Of a stretch of DNA of 64,000 nucleotides, positions 43,201-50,687 are shown in pieces. The stretch is from Candidatus Obscuribacteraceae bacterium. GTDB taxonomy: Bacteria > Cyanobacteriota > Vampirovibrionia > Obscuribacterales > Obscuribacteraceae. The stretch's first letter is position 1, and each line of letters opens with the position of its first letter. A model generated the notes under the pieces. That model did not search any database, was not told where the DNA came from, and worked only from the letters and a program-made list of their open reading frames with translations. The stretch lies in NCBI GenBank assembly GCA_044226015.1, contig JBGAHS010000004.1, positions 480,001-544,000 on the forward strand, read 5' to 3'. The position numbers were made by a program, and so were the translations under genes.

Positions 43201-46200
43201 AGGTGCCATCGGTGGCGCTGGAGGCAGTGGTGGCGCTGGAGCGGCAGCTGGTGTTTTGACTATAAACGCTAGTTCAGCAGCTGCAGGTGCTAATGCAGGC
43301 TTAGCATTATTCCCGAATGCCTTAGACCGTGGTTTGACAATAAACTCCGCAGGTGGTGCTGGAGGTGCAGGTGGTGGAGCCGGAATCGGTGGTATCGGTG
43401 CCAGCGCGGGCGGTAACTCAGGCGCTGGTGGTGTCGGTGGTGCCGGCGCTAGTGGCGGAGGCATTAAAATATCTACACCACAAGGGCAAGTCTCTACCGG
43501 CAATCGCAATCTTGGGCTTGCTGCGCAATTCATCTCCGTAGCCGGTGGCAATGGTGGCGCCGGTGGTGCTGGAGCAGCCGGAGGAGCCACCACGCTAGGT
43601 AAGTCTGGTAATGGTGGCGCGGGTGGTGCTGGTGCTGCAGGTGGCAACTCTGGGTCGATTAACATTAGCGCAGGGCCTGCTCCATCAGCGAACATAGCTG
43701 TAAACATTGATAGCCTGCTTATAGCTTCGGGTGGCAATGGTGGAGGCGGAGGTGCTGGTGGCGCCGGCGCTACTGGAGCCACCACTGCGACTTCTGGCAC
43801 TGGCGGCAACGGAGGAGTCGGTGGCAAAGCTGGCAATAGCGGTAACGTTACATTGGTCGGAAGCGGATTGAATACAATTATCCAGCTAAATAACGGCATT
43901 CAAGTAAGCGGTGGCAATGGTGGAAATGGCGGCGCAGGTGGTGCATCGGCAACCGGTATGAATGGCGCAGCTGCTGGAAATGGCGGTGCCGGTGGGGCTG
44001 CTGGCACAGTAGGAAGCATTGTGTTGAATGCACTTGGCTCAATAACTATGCCAAATGCAGTTTTGCAAACACTTGTTCTTGACGGAGGTAACGGCGGAAA
44101 TGGCGGTGCTGGTGGTTTGGCTGTCACATCAACCTTCTTTGGTGGGTCCGGCGGAAATGGTGGCACTGGTGGTGCTGGAACGGCCGCTGGCAAATTGACT
44201 TTGAACGCTAATTTTCTTTCTTTGCAGAATGTGAGTGCCAATGGCGGTTCAGGTGGTTCAGGTGCCAATGGTGGTGCGGGGGCTGGGTCTAGCGGCAACG
44301 GAGTCGGGGGCAAGGGCGGCAGCGGCGGAAACCAGGGCGTTTCTGGTGCCGCTGGACTCATCACTCTGACTGCTACTGGACTGACAGCGACCTCATTTAC
44401 TGAGGCCGCTGGAGCCATAATCAGGGCTAATGGAGGCACGGCCGCTGGTGCACCTGGTGCGGGTGGTGCAGGTGGGGGCGGCGTGACAAGCGGCGGCGCT
44501 GCTGGTCTAGCTGGTTCACCAACCTTGGGTACTAATGGGGGCAGTATAACTATTCATAGCGCTTTCGGCGTTGCGCTTGAGCAACTTAGCGCAGTGGGCG
44601 GAAATGGTGGCAACGGTGCTGCAGGCGGCGCAGGAGGTGCTATTCTTGCTCCTGATATAACATTAAAAGGAACAGGTGCCGCTGGCGCTAAAGGCTCTGC
44701 GGGCGCAGCAGGCGGTAAGGGTGGCACAGTACTCATAAGCGATGATAGTAGCGCAGGAATATTCTATTCAAACGCAGCTTTCTCTATTTCGGCAGCAGGC
44801 GGCAATGGTGGGCTTGCCTCTAATGGTGGCGCCGGTGGAGCCGGTGGAAACGGTGGTGGAGTTGGCGGAATAGGTGGCAGTGCCGGTAATTCTGGCGCTG
44901 GAGGCGCAGGCGGAATTGTCTCTCTGGTTTCATTGAAAGGTACTATCTATGATACTCTGGCTGGACTGCTGAGTGTTGCCGGTGGCAGCGCAGGGTCAGG
45001 CGCCGGCACGGGCAAAGGCGGTGCTGGTGGTAGCGGCTTCAAGGCTGGTGACGGTGGGTCCGGCGCCGCTGGTGGTGGAGGAGGCGCAGGCGGTTCGCTG
45101 TCTCTCAGCTCTCTCAATTTTGGAAATGCAGTAGCTACAAACGGCATTCCTATTCTGCTGGCTTCTGGTGGTGCCGGTGGTAGCGGCGGGTTCAGTGGTG
45201 GCGTAGGCGGTGCCGGTGTTGTCAGTTCGGGCATTGGTGGAAACGGTGGCAACGGGCTGAATGCTGGTGATGGTGGCGCAGGTGGCACGATTACGTTGAG
45301 CACTGCTGCCGGAACTTCGTCGTTTCCTACCAGGCTTTTGGCTAACATCAGTGCTGATGGTGGTGCCGGCGGAAGCATCACTGGCAGCACGCAGGCTAAT
45401 GGCGGGGTCGGACTCACTGCTGGTAAGGGTGGTTCGATGGGTGCTAGCGCTGCAGGCGGCAAAGGTGGCAGCATCACGATAGCAACGGGCAACACAAATT
45501 TGACAGCCGCAAACACACCGACACTCAGTGCTTCAGGAGGCGCTGCTGGTTCGTCTGACGCCTTTGCTGGAAACGGGGGGAACTCCACTTACGGAGTCGG
45601 CGGCGCGGGCGGCTCCAGTGCATCTGCTAAAAATGGTGGCGCAGGTGGTGTCATCACTTTGTCGACGCTCGGAACTGCTATCATCAATTTAAACGTAACA
45701 ATCAACTCTAAAGGCGGCGATGCTGGTGCTTATACTGCGGTGGCAGGCAATGGCGGCTCAGGCAGAACGTCCGTAGGTCTGGCAGGAACCGTAGGTGGTG
45801 CTGGCAATGGAGGAAATGGTGGTGCTGTAGCTTTGGGCGGCGTTTCGCAGAGCGGCAACATAACGGTGAACACGATAGGGCTTCAAGGTGGACTTGGCGG
45901 TGCAGCAACCGGTGCCCATGCCGGTAATCTCTCAGCCTTGGGTCTGACTGCTGCATCAGGAGGTGTCGGAGCTAATGGAGGCATTGGAGGGTCAGGCGGT
46001 GCTTTGACAGTCAAGACATCGGGCACTTTGACTTTGACCACTGTTAACCTCAATGGTGGCGCAGGTGGTGCAGGTGGAAGCGGTTCGAATGGGCTGGCAC
46101 CCTCCGGCATTCAACTTAATGGCGGAAAAGGGGCAAAAGGAGGTTCTGGCGGAAATGGTGGAGCTGCGGGAACTGTAAGCCTGAATTCAGCAGCTTTTAC

Positions 46201-48235
46201 ACTCAATACCGCATTCTTCGGAAATGGCGGCGCAGGCGGAGCAGGCGGAGCCGGAGGTATCGGCGGAGCAGGAATCAACACCGGCAGTTCTGGCCATGGT
46301 GGTGACGGCGGAGCTGGCGGTTCAGGAGGAAAAGCCTTAAGTGCAACTGTCACTTCTTCTGGCAATGTGTCACTCAACACTATAAATGCCACAGGTGGCG
46401 CAGCAGGAGCGGGCGGAGCCGGAGGTGCTGGCGGAGATACTGCTAATGGACTGACATTGCTTGCTGGAGGCTCTGGTGGCAACGGTGGTACCGCTGGCTC
46501 GGGCAGCAGCGGTGGGCTCTTCACGGTCAATGCCAGCGGTGCTGTGACCCTAAGCGGTACCGTCACCATGCGTGGTGGCAATGGTGCCTCGGGTGGCGTT
46601 GGTGGAAACGCTGGAACGCTCGTTGGCACAGGGGCTGATCAGACGGGCGGAAGCGGCGGGTCTGGTGGTACATCAGGTTCTGGAGGCAATGGCGGAGTCC
46701 TTTCGTTGACTTCTAGTGGACTATTAACCATTTCCAATAACGTAAATCTGAGTGGAGGTGCCGCGGGTGTAGGAGCCAACGGTGCTAACAGCTCAGGCGG
46801 AATTCTCGTTGGAGGAATTGGAGGTAGCGGTTCTGCTGCTGGTTTCGGTGGAGGCGGTGGTGTCATTTCCTTGAGTTCGACAGGTGGTCTCACTGTGCCG
46901 GTTGGCGTAACCGTGTTCACTGTTGCTGGTGCGAATGGTGCAGCCGGCGGAATCGGCGCTGCAGGTGGAAATGCTGCGACTGGAGGAGCTGGAGGAGCTG
47001 GAGGAGCTGGAGGCGTTGGTGGCTCTGGAGGTAATGGCGGTTCAATATCTGTGAATTCCAAAGCAGGCTCGGCGGTTTCAATCAATCAAAATTGGTCAGT
47101 CTTAGGTGGCAACGGTGCTGCCGGTGGTGCTGCTGGTAAAGGCGGTGATTCTAACACTGCAACTGGCATCGGAGGAGTAGGCGGTGCTGGAGCCACTGGC
47201 GGGTCTGGTGGACTGGCCGGCTCTGTCACAATTAGTGCCGGACCCACATCAGTAGACTTTGCTGGTAATGGTGTATTGGCTTCAGGCGGTAACGGTGCTA
47301 ACGGTTCGGCTGGCGGTGCTGGTGGCAACGCTACCGGAGGAACCAATGGTTCGGGAGGAAATGGCGGTAAAGGTGGCAATGCTGGAAGTGGTGGCAATAT
47401 TCAGATACCCGCAATTAGCACCAACTATGATGTTTTGACGTACAATATTTCCCCGAGCCCTGGGACAGCAGGCATCGGAGCCGCCGGAGGAGTCGCTGGT
47501 AGCGGTGGCACTGGTGGTGCTGCAGGAACTAAAGGTACTAATGGAAATCCAGGTAGTGTGGGCTCCTTTACCTTGCTTACCGATGCATCAGATGTCCAGG
47601 TCTCAGGCAAGAAACAGCGTAAGGCTGCTCCACAAGAGGACTCAGAATTCAAGACTGTCGGTTTTGTGCAAGCTGCCATTTCGTTCTCTGAGCGCTTAAT
47701 TCCAGCTGATAACGTGCTTCTTGGTGATCCTTCCAAAGATATGACAGCAGTCTGCGGCAAAACTACGGTTCATATTAAGAGAGGTGCGCTTGCCTTCATG
47801 GTTAATGATGGTGCTAGCATCTCTATTATGGCGATGGATGACAGAAATCATGGTGATGTCAGCGTCGAGCATTGCGGACAGCTGATCAGGTTGCGTGTCG
47901 GACAGGTTCTTATGCTTGAGAGCTCCGCTCCTTCTGTGCTGAATGGAAGCTGGTCTGCAAGGCATATTGCCGCGCGAGATAGTCTTGTTATTAAATTGAC
48001 AGACGGCACTAACGCAACATTAGGTGAGTTCTCGATACCGAATGCGATATCACAGTTGCCTGTGCTGAGCCAGCTAAAGAAATCGAATAACTCTGAGTCA
48101 CGAACGGCTTACTCTAGAATGCTGAAAAACGCAATTATTCTCCAGTCGCTAGGTTCAAAACGAGGTGCATTCAAGGTTCAAGAGCCGAGGGCTAGTAAGC
48201 CTGAAGCCAGGCTAGCCATGGGCAGTCTAAAGTAG
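37268..48235 (+). CDS. Giant Gly-rich (PGRS-like) secreted exoprotein, ~3655 aa
   Basis: GGAGGG SD before ATG 37268. Signal-peptide-like N-terminus (..ILPAMA|AE). N-terminal module homologous to the 1..13699 protein, ~47 GGxGG/beta-strand repeats, and a ~170-aa non-repetitive C-terminal domain. Confidence 0.92.
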   Translation: MYQNSWRNYRLVAVMAVCTIVYAQILPAMAAELVPTNAASIPVKPSLPLQLNLSSAGKTVRAPSGLSSPVSITVGGQQQLVNSGMMLTPAQAVAVQQVLNTGTQSLLLSMLGTASGGSVVLPEQRFSSIVVPRGVTVISDNSSGNGLNLSGTIRNAGNFYAVSTNSMVNNASISAFSINNLSGGLISSVLPSGGLAGFSNAVGNLSLTLNVAERLMNQGHISSAGALNIVGTTPNLLVNSTGGTMSAVTSINVSNLPNSSGNIAVIGGNWISPVFNVNACTSNVLVNVQQLSGIVNVAAANAHVFANTSELLLGDMNITEDPTFFNLGSISVVGQPPNTANEALTIISTADIDLGSFIYNTNQTGAAAQGYDITVIAGANAVAPFPSPLTSNLSAAINSGTVKVVSTGSLGGSTTGGSITCNGCTLNTSSTGVLNSGNIMLAAYQGTTVGSGNIDLSNSTLTTSSVSGNPGNITVIAPSGIILNTIAASGGTGGAKITVNSAHPTGSLTAAVDGSVTGSLSPSAVSQLGVISLNGAISAPSATLQVTSGGNIIVDNNITTSGIAGTGASGGNISISSGGDISLGLNNLANLSISAIGASGVFNAAQVGGAGGAGGIVNLAANGNFIKNANFLPYSVNTTGGAGALGGAGLAGGAGGVGGKITVFCRSMDLTLGLTAGTLTASGGVGGAGGAGVAGAVGTASSAGGAGGAGGNGGNGGAAGTISLTGTNVNPYNVPTLTSIGGAGGVGGIAGAGGAAGSNIQAGAGGISGNGGAGGAGGTISVKSTGIAVLSLQNTINASGGLGGAAGLAAAVNNNASGIGGAGSSTGSGGAGGAGGVIDIAAANSVNFTVSGSSVQLRTIGGDGGASASASAGGLSGNGAGANGGSAGNSGNGGAGGKITVTSSSGGISALVGNLAILATGGSGGLASTGLGGNGGVGSTDGGNGGSGASIGNAGNGGTITLTAAKGTISLGATAGSASQVSAYGGFNSALTSGNGGAGAAATGAGKGGSAGAAGANAKLGAGGNGGAITLSAKIVDFVNSTVNVSGGAGANGGSAGLAGASTFGISGNGAAGGSGGAGGSAGALTVNATDTLAVTTITSNQSFSLNGGAGGLGAAGSAGAGSVDSSRAGDGGAGGAGGAGGNGGIYIFNSLRNFALNGSLAASGSTGGAGGAGGGSASALTGASGGLGGAGAKGGNAGSITINTSSILSSATAGSITASGGVGGAGGAGGAGSAALGSGNGGNGGAGGNSANGGNGGVLSVTASGTMSFFTLTTNGGAAGSPGNGGAGGAASATVGGNGGNGGKTGIGASGGVGGTITLKGDPANSSVTLQGNLAASGGAGSAISATGGAGGAGNTLGGVGGAGLTSGSGGLAGKITVTGGDIQYSNGAATLISITANGGNGGLRSNGGNGGAATAGAGGAGGNAGNAGNAANGGVVTMTAFKSTGQIANSGAIGLAISAIGGLSSVAAASGVGGNGGQGATNGGNGGLGANSALQGNGGSIVLTAPAGISTGTAGAAALTATGNGSAVGRGGAGGTGGDAPLATNGVGNGGTGGAGGKGVAGGKGGTITLNTVNGNIILQGTVSVSGGAGAGGGNGGAGGGSVGNKAGNGGNGGLSAAGGAGGTITLNGGGTVLSINNAITALGGVGGAGGAGGSSTTINVNGGLLGGNGGTATAGAAGGAGGLINITALKATATLSANAVLLNASAGNGGAGGAGGAGSRGVTGGIGSAGGAGAVGGKGGTLKISTFAFNASASTQATLGLLTANGGNAGAGGAGGAGGASATGGNGGKAGVGGSGGAGGLGGQLSINTMDTSNAVGLNLSHASAAALSASAFGGNGGAGGAGGAGAFSSYAAAGSAGAGGIGGAGAKAGTIVISSKNELIFDGVDVSGGNAGAGGAGGSNANGTFTYNAMNVAGAGGAGGKGGAAGAGGSLALSASDLSFLPTNQFTVTLLDLSGGNGGTGGAGGAGGRSNVAAGAIGGAGGSGGAGAAAGVLTINASSAAAGANAGLALFPNALDRGLTINSAGGAGGAGGGAGIGGIGASAGGNSGAGGVGGAGASGGGIKISTPQGQVSTGNRNLGLAAQFISVAGGNGGAGGAGAAGGATTLGKSGNGGAGGAGAAGGNSGSINISAGPAPSANIAVNIDSLLIASGGNGGGGGAGGAGATGATTATSGTGGNGGVGGKAGNSGNVTLVGSGLNTIIQLNNGIQVSGGNGGNGGAGGASATGMNGAAAGNGGAGGAAGTVGSIVLNALGSITMPNAVLQTLVLDGGNGGNGGAGGLAVTSTFFGGSGGNGGTGGAGTAAGKLTLNANFLSLQNVSANGGSGGSGANGGAGAGSSGNGVGGKGGSGGNQGVSGAAGLITLTATGLTATSFTEAAGAIIRANGGTAAGAPGAGGAGGGGVTSGGAAGLAGSPTLGTNGGSITIHSAFGVALEQLSAVGGNGGNGAAGGAGGAILAPDITLKGTGAAGAKGSAGAAGGKGGTVLISDDSSAGIFYSNAAFSISAAGGNGGLASNGGAGGAGGNGGGVGGIGGSAGNSGAGGAGGIVSLVSLKGTIYDTLAGLLSVAGGSAGSGAGTGKGGAGGSGFKAGDGGSGAAGGGGGAGGSLSLSSLNFGNAVATNGIPILLASGGAGGSGGFSGGVGGAGVVSSGIGGNGGNGLNAGDGGAGGTITLSTAAGTSSFPTRLLANISADGGAGGSITGSTQANGGVGLTAGKGGSMGASAAGGKGGSITIATGNTNLTAANTPTLSASGGAAGSSDAFAGNGGNSTYGVGGAGGSSASAKNGGAGGVITLSTLGTAIINLNVTINSKGGDAGAYTAVAGNGGSGRTSVGLAGTVGGAGNGGNGGAVALGGVSQSGNITVNTIGLQGGLGGAATGAHAGNLSALGLTAASGGVGANGGIGGSGGALTVKTSGTLTLTTVNLNGGAGGAGGSGSNGLAPSGIQLNGGKGAKGGSGGNGGAAGTVSLNSAAFTLNTAFFGNGGAGGAGGAGGIGGAGINTGSSGHGGDGGAGGSGGKALSATVTSSGNVSLNTINATGGAAGAGGAGGAGGDTANGLTLLAGGSGGNGGTAGSGSSGGLFTVNASGAVTLSGTVTMRGGNGASGGVGGNAGTLVGTGADQTGGSGGSGGTSGSGGNGGVLSLTSSGLLTISNNVNLSGGAAGVGANGANSSGGILVGGIGGSGSAAGFGGGGGVISLSSTGGLTVPVGVTVFTVAGANGAAGGIGAAGGNAATGGAGGAGGAGGVGGSGGNGGSISVNSKAGSAVSINQNWSVLGGNGAAGGAAGKGGDSNTATGIGGVGGAGATGGSGGLAGSVTISAGPTSVDFAGNGVLASGGNGANGSAGGAGGNATGGTNGSGGNGGKGGNAGSGGNIQIPAISTNYDVLTYNISPSPGTAGIGAAGGVAGSGGTGGAAGTKGTNGNPGSVGSFTLLTDASDVQVSGKKQRKAAPQEDSEFKTVGFVQAAISFSERLIPADNVLLGDPSKDMTAVCGKTTVHIKRGALAFMVNDGASISIMAMDDRNHGDVSVEHCGQLIRLRVGQVLMLESSAPSVLNGSWSARHIAARDSLVIKLTDGTNATLGEFSIPNAISQLPVLSQLKKSNNSESRTAYSRMLKNAIILQSLGSKRGAFKVQEPRASKPEARLAMGSLK

Positions 48236-48453
48236 CTAGTTGCGCATCTTTAGCACAAGACCATACATGATTTTGTGATTCGAGCTGCATGCTAGTGCAG
48301 TGCCAATGCGTGCTTTTGCTAGATTCAGAGTAAATGCATTATTTTTGCTTTTGTTTCGTTGCTAACTGATGCAATTACGTATTTCTAATTCAAGTCATGT
48401 AGTAGTAACCTTGAATCGTCTAATGTGTTGCTGTTAACGCGGGGTTGGTTGAG

Positions 48454-49341
48454 ATGGCAGACTCGATTGATTTTACTTCCAAGCTTAGTCGTACAGATTT
48501 GCTCCATACAGAGCGGAGTGCGTCGGCTGCATTGGTTGAAGACACGTATTCCTACATCAAAGAGAACCCAATTAAGACTGGTATTTACGCAGCTGGTACT
48601 TTGGCAGGTGCCTGGGCTATCAGTCGCGTTGGTGCGGCAATGGTTAGAGGCGAAAGGGCTCTCGAACAAGCAGCTGTCGGGGAACTCACACAACTAGAAT
48701 TTAGAGCAGGCAAGGGGGTGCTGAAAACTCGTGAGGGTGCAGCTATACCCGACCTTGAGCGTCCCTTCGTCTCTGAGTCCGCTTTGCACTTAGGCAAGCT
48801 TACCGATAAAGCCAGGGAATCATATGCTTCAGATCTGATAAAGCTATGGGGAATGCCTCGCACCGCTGCTGCAGAACTTGGAGAGAGCGCGGAGTCGTTT
48901 GCAGGACGAATGTTGATGGAGAGGGCGTAACTTACTCGAGAATTTGTCACACCAGAAGCGACCGCAAAAGAGCTGGAGAAAATTCTGGGGCTAAACGGTC
49001 TGTCAACGGGTGCAGAGCTAGCGGGGCGTGAATTGGCAATCGCAAGTGATGCCACTTTAGTTAAAGCTGCTGAGGAACTGCAGTTCAAGCATGTGCCACA
49101 GCTAGGGCAATTCCTAAAGGGAACCGGAAAAATAAGTGAGACGCAAATCGAGGCAGCCTTGCAAATCCAGAGAGGACTTCCGAAGGACGGTCCTCGCAAA
49201 CTTTTGGGTGAAATTCTTGTAGAAAACAAGTTAGCTGCGCAGGCTGATGTTGATCTGGCATTTGCCAACCAGCAGGAGTTAAAGAGTGCCCTGCGCACAG
49301 TGCGTGAAAAATTCCTGTCTACTATCAAGATTGAGAAGTAG
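48454..49341 (+). pseudogene. LysM-like + MshEN-domain protein interrupted by an in-frame TAA (48928-48930)
   Basis: Track ORFs 48445..48930 and 49033..49341 are in the same frame, and the codons between them are open (LTREFVTPEATAKELEKILGLNG...). The C-terminus has tandem QLGQFLKGTGKISETQIEAALQIQ / LLGEILVENKLAAQADVDLAFANQ MshEN-like motifs. Confidence 0.75.
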
Positions 49342-49444
49342 TAAAATAGTCGCGTTGGCGGGTCAGTCTTTCTGTTCCGTGGTTGAAATCAAGGCGTAAG
49401 CGTTAGTGCAGTTCAATCGAATGCGTATATATTCGAATAATCTG

Positions 49445-50650
49445 ATGAGCAAGCTATCCGAAACTTTCTCAGGGTCAGCCCTGCTCAGTTTCGTATTGCT
49501 GCTTGTTACTTTAGGGCTAGCCACAATCTCCTCTTTTGCTGAAAGTTCCAATGCTGGAAGTATAGACTCTCCCGACTCAGTAAAAGTTAAAAAGACGGAG
49601 CGCAAGGTTTGGGTGAGGACGAGTGCTCGACGTTGTGATTTCATTGTTTTTTCACAAGCAGATCAGAGCTACGATGGCTCATTTGGTGGAGCCGATTGCA
49701 GGGTGCGTGGCGCTCTTGGGACAATTTTGAGTATCGATAGCGGACTTGCGCTGCTCCATAATGGCAGTACTTTTGTTGAATGTAGAAAAGGGCAAGCAAA
49801 TCTTTCAACAAAATCCTTTTCCTTAAAACTCCCTTCTAGCAGTTCTGTAATGATAGAAGTAATTCCCTCAGAGAACATCGAAAAAATTGCCTATCGACCT
49901 GCTGAAAGCAAAACAAGTCTTTCCGTATCCGTGAAAAAGACAAAGGAGACCATATTGCTAAGTCCAAACCAGCAGGTTCTTTTCTTAAATGGTGAAGCAA
50001 AAATCACGGATATCAACGATAATGAATTTTCGCTGGCAGCTGGTGCTAATCAACAGCATACAGCTCCGCTTCATTTGCTGGGCGCTGAAGCATCAGAGTT
50101 TCGTTGCTCGGAACCGAATGTGGTATCACTTCGAGTAGGGCAAGTATTTGCTTTGGTTCCAGACCACTTGATCGTGCGCACTGAATTAGGAGATGTAATT
50201 GCAGATAAGGGGGCGTTGATTGATGTCGATACTGACAGTGAAGTTTTGAGAGTAAAGTCTCTGAGCCAGTCAGGACACGCTTCTGTCGACCTGTTGAGGG
50301 ACAAGCTTCAAGTCAGCCCTTCCGAAGAGTTAGTCCTTAGTTCACGAAAACTAAGCGATAGTGATGTCTTTACAGCAGATGGTATAGGTCGTCGACGTGT
50401 TGAGGATATCAAAATGAAATCATCAATCAACGGAATAAGGTGCGATTTTTCAATGATTTCTTTTTTGCACCAGTGTGATCATGTGGCTGGCGTCCGTCGA
50501 GCGTTGAATGGTGATATGAAGGATCTAAGAGAGCGCATTTTGAAAACTGCATCTGCTGTGCAGATCGTGACGAGTAAATATGGCACCTATCGAGCTTCGG
50601 CTAAGGGGGTGCGAAAGCGAAATATAAGGAGAAGGGATTCGAGCGCATGA
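49445..50650 (+). CDS. Secreted protein with tandem FecR-like beta domains
   Basis: Hydrophobic signal (SALLSFVLLLVTLGLATISSFA|E). The C-terminal half is alignable by eye to the C-terminus of the 37268 protein. Start uncertain (49406, 49421 or 49445). Confidence 0.7.
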   Translation: MSKLSETFSGSALLSFVLLLVTLGLATISSFAESSNAGSIDSPDSVKVKKTERKVWVRTSARRCDFIVFSQADQSYDGSFGGADCRVRGALGTILSIDSGLALLHNGSTFVECRKGQANLSTKSFSLKLPSSSSVMIEVIPSENIEKIAYRPAESKTSLSVSVKKTKETILLSPNQQVLFLNGEAKITDINDNEFSLAAGANQQHTAPLHLLGAEASEFRCSEPNVVSLRVGQVFALVPDHLIVRTELGDVIADKGALIDVDTDSEVLRVKSLSQSGHASVDLLRDKLQVSPSEELVLSSRKLSDSDVFTADGIGRRRVEDIKMKSSINGIRCDFSMISFLHQCDHVAGVRRALNGDMKDLRERILKTASAVQIVTSKYGTYRASAKGVRKRNIRRRDSSA

Positions 50651-50687
50651 CGGTTCAGTCTCTGCTTGCCCATCTCAATTCTATTTT

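Noticed and set aside
37330..47965. Long Pro-rich minus-strand ORFs (up to 400 aa)
   Set aside because: Shadows of the GGN-rich codons of the 37268..48235 gene.
48928..48930. Stop-codon recoding or an alternative genetic code
   Set aside because: A single case; TAA, TAG and TGA all terminate conserved genes normally in this window.
48585..49328. 247-aa minus-strand ORF
   Set aside because: Antisense to the MshEN-bearing frame, which has recognisable motifs.
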